44,017 nucleotides of DNA. Origin: Chiloscyllium plagiosum (lineage: Eukaryota). The first letter of the stretch is position 1. Each line of letters opens with the position of its first letter. Of this stretch, positions 35,559-44,017 are shown piece by piece. Both the position numbers and the translations under genes were made by a program. The stretch covers positions 61,804,256 through 61,848,272 of the forward strand of contig NC_057719.1 in the NCBI RefSeq assembly GCF_004010195.1, in the 5' to 3' direction. The notes beneath the pieces were generated by a model. It saw only the letters and a program-made list of their open reading frames with translations, did no database searches and had not been told where the DNA came from.

Positions 35559-35690
35559 TAGCTGCTTCCAATAGCTCTGAATGTAGGTTGTAGGGAATAA
35601 GTGGATCGGGTAGATCAGAAAAGAAAGCCTTCAGAGCTCCTGCCACTGCATTAACAGTCACATCCATCGCCACAAGATCAATGTTGTGAT
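35559..35690 (-). CDS. ARHGAP5: ARHGAP5 (p190B RhoGAP) internal coding exon, RhoGAP domain
   Basis: 132-bp exon with AG acceptor (ct at 35691-92) and GTAAGT donor (ac at 35557-58). Translates [44 protein letters not shown], closely matching the p190B GAP domain as I recall it. Confidence 0.95.
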
Positions 35691-36079
35691 CTAAAATACA
35701 AAATTAATTAATATAAATATATAAAATGGATTTCTTTCATTACAATGGGGAGCTTCACAAAGGAAATAAATGCAAACAACTTTCGCTTGCTCCGACAAAT
35801 ATCATATCAAACTCCTTGCAATTATATCATACCATTAAAATCTAAAAGGCACAAAACTCACTTTCCATTATTTTCATGAGAAACTACCATTGACGTAAGA
35901 TCCAAGCAAAATAATTAAATTTAAAAATATTTATACAAAGTGCTAAGAAATTTTAATGAAAACAGCAAGGTAAATAAGAATGCTTTAAGGTTGCTACATT
36001 GACTTCGGAATAAATATAGTTAGAGTATCATTAGTTAATGGACAAAAATGTCCCCCATCTTTGTGACAAAACATGACAA

Positions 36080-36376
36080 CAAACTCCATCTGTGCTCATA
36101 AGTTGATGTAATGGATCACAAGATACTCATTGAAGAGGACCTGGCAATTTTTCTTAGTTCCTAACTAAGATCTATCATTCAACCAAATAGCACAAATAGA
36201 ATAACTCTGATCATTACTTCATTGCTATTTGTGGGACCATTCTGTGTGCAAATTAGTTATTGCACTTTTTACATGACAACAGTGATCGCACTTCTTTTAA
36301 AAACCACAGTTAATTGGTTGAGAAACACATTGCAACATCAAAGATTGTGGAAGTAAATTTATAAATCCAATTGTCC
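36080..36376 (+). mobile_element. DeuSINE (SacSINE1/AmnSINE1-like) remnant
   Basis: tcattacttcattgctatttgtgggacc..tgtgtgcaaatt..acatgacaacagtga..ttaattggttg resembles the Deu domain and 3' region as I recall it. Confidence 0.6.
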
Positions 36377-36389
36377 TCTTAGAATTTTA

Positions 36390-36785
36390 GTTGAGGAAAG
36401 ATTGGAAAGGCTGAGATTGTTTTCTTTAGAAGAATAGACTAGTCGGAGATTGAAGTTTACAGAATTTCAAGTGATCCAAATAGAACCGATTGCAAAGAAC
36501 AAATGTTTCTTTGCAGAGAGGGATGATAGATTTGAATTAGTAAGAGGATTAGAGGTAAATTGAGGAGAAATATTTTCCAATTAAAAAGATAACTGTTTGG
36601 GATCTGGAACTCAATGTATGAAAGATGGTCGAAACAGAAACTCTCTTTTCATTGAAACAATGTTTGGTTATGTGCTTGAGTTGTGATAAGGCTAAGAGTC
36701 AAGAAGTGGGATGAAGCCAGATAGTTTTTTTTGTCCACATGAGATAGACCAAATGGCATCCTTCAGTGCCGCAAGTCTTTATGAT
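36390..36785 (+). mobile_element. Old CR1 3' end
   Basis: LERLRLFSLEE*TSRR, GIWNSMYE and a gaccaaatggcatccttcagtgc tail. Confidence 0.6.
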
Positions 36786-37449
36786 TTTATTTTAATTTTA
36801 AAATTACTTTTTTTGAAATTCTTCAAATTTATTCGCACTCATCGAGATATCTCAAAGAATTACTGAACTGCACTACCTGACAAGCGCACAATCATCAGGG
36901 TGCAAAGTGTCTTGTAAACAAAGAAATAATATTTTGTAGCATAGGAGGTCTTCGACACAAAGAAAGGGATCACAAAGAGCAATTTGATCAGTGGCCAGTT
37001 AATCAACTTTGGAAATATCAACTGAAAGCCAGGAATTCTCCTGCTCTTCATGATATATTGCATTGGTTTTGGCAAAACAATATTACAGTTCAAGTCAAGA
37101 CTCACTATGATGTTGAAACTGAACCAAAATACAAATCATGTTGGGCTAATAACCTCCTCAGATAATATGCCTAACATGAAGTGATCACATCTTGATTTAT
37201 AGCTGGATCGAAATTGTTTTTTCACTGAGCGGTGAATTGAATTAAGATGAATTTTCTCTTCATTTTAAAAATAAGAGTTTCTCTAATCAATGCCTTCTGT
37301 TATTAAAAAGGTGCAATAGGTGCTGTGTTACAGCAACTTAAACACTTTTCACATTTTTTTGTTACAAAATACAAGTGACAATAAACTACTATTTTACTCT
37401 GTTATTAAAGTCGTTATAACAGGGCAGTTATATATATTTTCAATGTAAT

Positions 37450-38300
37450 GAGGCAGAACCAACATGGTCTTTTCAAAGTGAAATCATGTTTAACTAATTA
37501 TTGGAGTTTTCTGAAGTAATGTGTACTGTAAATCAAGGGAAACCAACTGAAGTATTATACTTAGATTTCTAGAAGGCAGTCGATAAAGCGCCACATCAAA
37601 GATTATTGTGGAAAATGAAACCTCATCCTACTGGTGGTAATATCATGGCATGGATAGAAGATTAGCTTGGTAAAAGAAAACAGGAGGAATAAATGGGTCT
37701 TTTCAGGCTCGCAGGATATCACACATGGTGTGTGGATGTCACAGGGTTCAGTGTTGGGGTGTCAACTCTTTTACAATTTATATAAATTATATTGATGAAA
37801 AGATTGAAGGTAAAGCAGTTAAGTTTGCTAATGACACAAAGATAGATAGGAAAATGAGAAGAAGATATAAGCAGCCTTAAAGACATGTACATAGGTTAAA
37901 TGAGTGGGCAAAGATCTGGAAAATGGAGTACAATGTAGGAGATTATGATTTTTCGAGAAAGAATTAAAAAAGCACATTATCTAATTGGTGAGTGGATGCA
38001 GAGGTTTGAGATGCAGAGTCACAGAAGGTCAGTATGCAAGTACAACAAGAAATCAGGAAAGCTATCAGAAAGTTATGGTTTCCTGTGAGGGGGGATTGAA
38101 TGCAAGACTCAGGATATTATGTTTCAGTAATCCAGGGCTTTGGTGAGACCACATCAGGAGTGCTGTGTACAGTATTGGTCACCGCATTTATAGAAGGATG
38201 TTAAAGCATTGGAGTCAGTTCAGAGAAGATTTACTCGATCAATATCTCGAGTGAATGGATTGCCTTTTGAGAAAAGTCGAGACAGAGTTTAGGAGAGTCA
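37450..38300 (+). mobile_element. CR1 RT fragment
   Basis: YLDF*KAVDKAPHQRL, SQGSVLG, KFANDTK and CVQYWSP. Confidence 0.85.
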
Positions 38301-38319
38301 GAAACAACTTAATTGGAAC

Positions 38320-39830
38320 ATTGAAAACAGAACAGTATAGCACAGGAACAGGTCCTTCGGACCACAATGTCTGTGCCAACCATGATGCCATTCTAAACTG
38401 ATCCCATCTGCCTGTACATGCTTTTCGAAGTTGCTATCATATCTGCCTCGTTCACCTTCCCAGCAGTACATTCCAGGCATCTACCATCCTGGGTTAAAAA
38501 AAAACTTTCTTCGCTTATCTCCTTTAAACTTTTCTAAGAATATCTTTAATGTATGTCCCCCAGTATTTGATATTTCAATCTTGGGAAAAAGACTCCAACT
38601 ATCCACCCTGTCCATACTTCTCATAAAATTATGTATTTTTATCAGGTCAGCCCTCACCTCTAGTGAAAACATTCCAAGTTGGTCCAATTTCTCCTCATAG
38701 GTAATACACTCCAATCAAGGCAACATCCTGGTAAAATTCTTTTACACCCAATCCAAAGTCTCCACATCATTCCTATAGTATGGTGACCAGAAATGTGCCA
38801 AATGTGGCCTGAAGTCTTATACAGCTTTAACATGACTTGTCAACTTTTATATTCAATGCCCCAACTAATGAAGGCAAGCACCTTATCCACTTGTATTGCC
38901 AATTTCAGGTAACTGTGGACTTGCAGCTCAACTTTCCAAATGTAAATCATAGAGTCATAGAGTTGCAGAACACAGAAACAGACCCTTGGGTCCAACTTAT
39001 CCATGCCAACCAGATTTTCTAAATAAATCTAGCTCCATTTGCCAGCATTTGGGCCATATTCCTCTAAACCCTTCCTATTTCACTTTGGACTTGCAGACCA
39101 ACTTTCCAAACGTAAATCATGGCATATCATCTGACAAATTCCACCACAATCCACAACTCTCCCAATTTTTATGCCATCTGCAAACTTACTAAATAGACCA
39201 TCTATATTTTCACCCAAATCATTTATATATATTACAAACTGAGATCCCAGCACTGATACTAGCTGAACACCACAGGTCACAGACCTCCAGTCAGAAAAAC
39301 ACCCCCTCCACAAACACCCTGTCTTTTAAAATCAAGCCAATTTGTCAACTCACCGTGGATCCCATGTAACTTAATCTTTTAATCATGAGGCACCTTGTCA
39401 AATGCTTTAGCGAAGGCGATGTAGACAACATCCACTGATCTACCCTCATCAATCATCTTTGTGAGACAACATTCCCCCTTCCCCCCCGCATAAAGCCATG
39501 CTGACCATCCTAATAAGTCAGTTCATTTCTAAGTGCAAGTAAATCCTGTCTCAGAAACTTCTCCAAAAATTTCCCTAACTCTGGTTCAAGGCTAACTGGT
39601 CTATGATTTCTTGGAATTTCCTTGTCTCCCTTAAACAAAAGAAAAACATTGGCTTCACCAGGGACCTGACCTGCAGCTAAAGAGGACAAAATGATCTCTG
39701 TCAAGGCCTCTAATCTCCTCTCTTCCATCCTTCTGTATCTTGGAATAAATCCCATCAGGCCTGGTTATCTATCTACTTTCATGTTTTTCAAGACACCCAA
39801 CACATTCTCCTTATTATTGGAAATCAATTA
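38320..39830 (-). mobile_element. CR1 3' portion with nested 131-bp CR1 tail (38951-39081)
   Basis: ORFs 38481-38714, 39080-39313 (FVIYINDL..SKFADG) and 39510-39755 (NHRPVSL). Confidence 0.85.
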
Positions 39831-40387
39831 CCCGAGTTCCAGGTACTGTCCTAGGCCCAACAATCTTCAGCTGCTTTATCTATGACCTTTCCTCTATCTT
39901 AAGTTCAAAAATGGGAATGTTTGTTGACAACTGCACTATGTTCAGTGCCATTCATTCCTCATATTCTAAAGCAGTCCTTTCCTTGTCTTTTTACAGTAAG
40001 ACATGGATCCTTCTGGGATCTACCCACTTTGGACTTCTGATTTGGGCCTGAAAGTCTGAAAGATCAAAGAACTATAGAAACATACAATACAGAAAAGGCC
40101 TTTCGGCCTATCAAATCTGTACGACCTGGAATCTTTGGATTGAAGTGAAAATGGGCAGAATTATGCTCAAAATTGTGATTAAAGCTGCCAAAGTCAGAAA
40201 ATGAAGCATTTAATAGATGAGTGCAAATCATCTTGCACTCAAGGACCCTTATTAGGGTGCCCCTGCACATGAAGTGTGTACAGCTTGTTTTCCATTGCAA
40301 TGCTTCAGAAGATGTAGGACACGCTCGTTATAAAAATAACCAGAAAGCTAACTTCTACATACAAAATCCTGAGGAAACGTTTTTTTA

Positions 40388-40678
40388 ACATTCCCTACAG
40401 TGTGGAAACAGGCCCCTCGACCCAACAAGTCCACCCCGACCTTCCGAAGAGCAACCCACCCTGACTAGTGCACCTAACACTACGGGCAATTTAGCATGGC
40501 CAATTCATCTAACCTGCACATCTTTGTGACTGTGGGAGGAAACAGGAGTACCCGGAGAAAATCCATGCAGACATGGGGAGAATGTGCAATCTCCACACAG
40601 TTGCCTGAGGCGGGAATTGAACCTGGGACCCTGGCGCTGTGAGGCAGCAGTGCAAACCACTGAGACACTGTGCTGCCC
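40388..40678 (-). mobile_element. HE1-type V-SINE, near full length
   Basis: Reverse complement of GGGCAGCACAGTGTCTCAGTGG..GGTTCAATTCC..V domain..GGGCCTGTTTCCACACTGTAGGGAAT. Confidence 0.92.
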
Positions 40679-40679
40679 T

Positions 40680-40850
40680 TTGACCAGGATATATTTAAGG
40701 CAGAGGTAGATAGATTCTACAGTACCAAGGGGATGAAAGATTATACGCAGCAATGTGGAGCTGATGTCAAAATCAGATCAACTATGCTCTTATTTAATAG
40801 CTGAGCAGACTCAAAGGGTTAAGTGGCCTACTCTTGCTCCTTGTTTGTAT
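40680..40850 (+). mobile_element. CR1 3' end
   Basis: atatttaaggcagaggtagatagattct..gcagactcaaagggttaagtggcctactcttgctcc. Confidence 0.75.
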
Positions 40851-40914
40851 ATCTGTAACACAAAACAAGTAAGATACAGCCAAGGAAAGGTGATAGATGA
40901 AAAATGAAGGCAAA

Positions 40915-41120
40915 AGGGAACTCAACATTGAGTCGCAGAGGCTGTCATATGGCTAAGTGGAAAATGAGGTTTGTTTTACTGGGCACTGTAGCAGGCCCAG
41001 GACCGAAGTGCTATCATGGGAGCAAAGTGAAACGAGTAGCAACTGGAAGATCAGAGGCAATTCCTATGGATAGGTAGGAGGTGTTGAACAAAGTGGTCAT
41101 TCAGTCTGCATTTTGTTTTA
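40915..41120 (-). mobile_element. Penelope-like GIY-YIG fragment
   Basis: Reverse reads TKCRLNDHFVQHLL..SDLPVA..CSH..SVLGLLQC..LIFHLAI*QP. Confidence 0.6.
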
Positions 41121-42114
41121 CATGGGTGCCCCCTTATTTTTAAACTGTGACCCCTTGATTCACATTTTGCCTTGCCAATGCTGAAGACTCAGTGAGGGAA
41201 ATATCTTCTCTCATCAATAATAACCTTGAAATTGCAAGATATGCATAGAGTCACAATGTACTCTCTCCCTAACTTCAAGCTGTTTTAAAAGTTCCATTTG
41301 AAGTTGCTTCACCCTCCTTCACATCGAACGATTCAAAGAGATTCCAAGCTTTCCCCAAATTCATAACTGTGCTTAATGAAATTCACCACTGGCATTGATT
41401 ATCAATTCAAAGTGCTCTCGTTTCCTCACAGCATAGCTGCAGATGTTGTACACAAGGGAGTTATCAGAGATATACTTTGATTGTTGATATTCATCTTAAT
41501 TTAACTTTTCCTAATAGTATTCTCAGTAGATTCAGCAAAACTCATGAACTTCCCAGTTAACAAACACACGATTATCTTGCTCAAGGCAATTGAACACCTT
41601 AAGTTTAACCTCTAAATTATTGGCTTCCCTCTTAGTGGACTACAGAGTTGAAATAGACGTCCTTTAGACATTATTAGCATTGATTTTACACAAATCACAC
41701 ACTGCAGTAGGCCGGATGCACAACTTTCAATAAGCGTCAAATAAAATGTTAAATAAATAGAAATAATTACACAATCTTACAGAGAACAATATTTACAACA
41801 AATATCAGCACGAAATGCAGTATTGAAACATTTCTTGACACATATGCAGTCCTGACTTATCAAACATACTCTTGACACGTGCACAGCAATAACTGGCCAA
41901 CATGCAAAGTAACCGTGTTTAAGCAGAAATGAAGGCTATTTTGTGCTACTTAGCAAAGTTCTCAAATTTTGAGATCTCTGCAAGACAAAAGCGCATTCTT
42001 AGAATATGTTTATTGGGATTATCTATAAATTATCAACATGTGCCTTCTGAACAACGGTGAGCTGAAGATACATAACCTGACACTATTCTGTGAAAGTTTG
42101 AGGTAACAATGAGC

Positions 42115-42600
42115 AATCATGATTATAAACACAAGTACAAGAGGAGGCCATTTCACCATGCCAATCCGCTTCATCATTCAATGAGATCATGGCTGATCTG
42201 CCACCTAACCTTTTCCCCATATCCTTCAATTATTTTAATTCACATGGGAATATAGGATATAGGAGTAAAAGGAGGCAATTCATCCAGACAAGCAGGCTAC
42301 ATTATTCAAACAGATTATAGCTGATAATCTACTGCTGTGCCATTTTTCCTCACTATCACCATATCCCCCTATATCATCAATATCCAGAAATCTATTAATT
42401 TCTACCTTGAATATTACTAGTGGTTGAGCTTTCACAGCTTCCTAGTAAAGAATTCAAAAGATTCACCACCCCAAGTGAAGAAATTCCTTCTCATCTCAGT
42501 CTTAAATGTCCTGACCCTTGTTCTGAAATGCATGCTCAGATTTGAGCAGCCAGGTGAAACATCCTATCTATCCTATCATGCCCTGCAAAACTTTTGCAAA
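42115..42600 (-). mobile_element. Two adjacent CR1 3' ends
   Basis: Tails at ~42120 and ~42250; gtgaagaaattccttctcatctcagt. Confidence 0.7.
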
Positions 42601-42628
42601 AAATTTCAAGAGGATGAAATCTTATTAT

Positions 42629-42955
42629 GGCAGCATGGTGACTTAGTGGTTAGCACTGTTGCCTCACAGCGCCAGGAGCCCAGGTTCGATTCCAGTCTTG
42701 GGCGACCGTCTGTGTGGAGTTTGCATATTCTCTCAGAGTCTGCATGGGTTTCTTCCCACAGTCCAAAGTTGTACAGGTTATGTGAATTGGCCATGCTATA
42801 TTGTCCATAGTGTTCAGGAGTGTGAGGTTAGGTGCATTAGTCAGGAGAATGTAGAGAATAGGGTAGGGGAATGAGATTGGATGGGTAACTCTTTAGATGG
42901 TCAGTACAGACTTCTTGGGCTAAATGGCCTGTTTCCACACTGCAGTGATTCTATT
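42629..42955 (+). mobile_element. HE1-type V-SINE
   Basis: A box TGACTTAGTGG, B box GGTTCGATTCC, V domain and CR1-like tail. Confidence 0.92.
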
Positions 42956-43104
42956 CCATGAGAACTCGAGAATATTCTATCTATCATTGTGAGGATTTGA
43001 TTGGCAAATCCCTACTGCACTCTATTGCAACCACCTTCGTCCTGAGAGAACAAATGCAAAACATCACAAATACCCCCAGTGAGGTCTCACCAATGTTTTA
43101 TATA

Positions 43105-43261
43105 AAGAGGAATCTCGATTGTTTGAACACCATAAGCGGGGAGTATTTTCAGATAATCGAATGCCAGATGACACAGTTTATCCGAGCACTGGGACCTTAC
43201 GATCTTGTTGAGATAATCTGAAATTTGGATAATCACATGCCGAATAATCAGGGTTCCTCTG
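43105..43261. mobile_element. Tc1/mariner-pogo (Tigger-like) MITE
   Basis: Imperfect ~22-bp TIRs AAGAGGAATCTCGATTGTTTGA / CCGAATAATCAGGGTTCCTCTG, flanked by TA (43103-04) and TG (43262-63). Internal repeated GATAATC motifs. Confidence 0.7.
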
Positions 43262-43611
43262 TGAACGTAACAAAACACCTTTATATCTTGTACTGAAATC
43301 TCCTTGCAATGAAGGCCAACATATTTCTAATTGTTAGCTTCACAAACAGCTGATTTTGAGGAGTGTTTAACATTGCTTGCAGTAAACATTAACAATTACA
43401 TCCTAGATGTCAGAAGCTTGCCCAATTAACAGCATCAGTCGAGACAGATTTATTTTAGAACTTCGGGATTTGGCAGCTCAAGATACAGCTACTATGGAGT
43501 GAACTGTGCAAGCAGCCAGATATGAAGGAGCTGTTTCCACATTTTGAAAGTCCAGATGACTGCAGAAACTGATAGAAAATTAATCTACTTATGGTGCAAA
43601 TACACAAAGAC

Positions 43612-43885
43612 ATGGAGTCAGTTACAGATATGTAAAGCACAAAATAGACCCTTTGGTCGGACTCGTCCATGCAACCAGATAACCCAACCTAATCTAGTCC
43701 CATTTGCCAGCATCTGGCCCATATCTCTCTAAACCCCTCTTATTCATAGATCCATCCAGATGCCTTTTAAATGTTGCAATTGTACTCGCCTCCACCACTT
43801 CCTCTGGCAGCTCATTGCATACACATACCACCCTCTGCGTGAAAAGGTTGCCCCTTAGGTCTCTTTTATATCTTACCTTCTCTCT
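43612..43885 (-). mobile_element. CR1 (HER1-like) 3' end
   Basis: Same sequence family as 6356-6535 and 14860-15140. Confidence 0.9.
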
Positions 43886-43913
43886 ATTGCGAGGGTGGGA
43901 AGGCGAGGGTGGG

Positions 43914-44017
43914 CAGCGAGAGAGGGGGGCGAGCGAGAGAGGGGGGCGAGCGAGAGAGGGGGGCGAGCGAGAGAGGGGGCGAGCGAGAGAGAGGGGCGAG
44001 CGAGAGAGAGGGGCGAG
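43914..44017 (+). repeat. GA-rich ~17-bp minisatellite (GAGCGAGAGAGGGGGGC)n, running off the window edge
   Basis: About six directly visible units. Confidence 0.95.

Noticed and set aside
36945..36990. KEQFDQ peptide resembling the end of the upstream ARHGAP5 exon (KQFDQ)
   Set aside because: It is on the wrong (plus) strand and lacks the preceding GLYRVSG motif. The upstream exon was not found in the window.
1..44017. Most ORFs in the six-frame track as host genes
   Set aside because: They are fragments or antisense shadows of CR1, Rex, Tx1, PLE or SINE sequence, or short random ORFs. Only 23547-23825 belongs to a real gene.

Overview
Eukaryotic, repeat-rich vertebrate DNA, almost certainly from a shark. 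The evidence is HE1-type V-SINEs, HER1/CR1 LINEs and a DeuSINE; the species is not determinable. The only host gene is the 3' end of ARHGAP5 (p190B RhoGAP) on the minus strand: three GT-AG-bounded coding exons (35559-35690, 28156-28261, 23547-23853) and a ~1.7 kb TE-free 3'UTR. The upstream exons were not found in the window. The rest is mostly a mosaic of decayed and nested mobile elements: CR1, L2, Rex1/Babar, Tx1, Ty3/Gypsy pol, a Harbinger Myb/SANT gene, Penelope-like elements (PLEs), SINEs, a Tc1/mariner-pogo MITE and probable LTRs. The most striking pattern is five short, TSD-flanked fold-back insertions (5870-6100, 11973-12235, 16474-16938, 26502-26686, 32590-32813). Each carries a minimal hammerhead-ribozyme core (CUGANGA-stem II-GAAAC-GUC) on BOTH strands, with stem covariation between copies. 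One retains a Penelope GIY-YIG C-terminus, tying the group to PLEs. All repeat family names come from motif recognition, not database searches, and TE boundaries are approximate.
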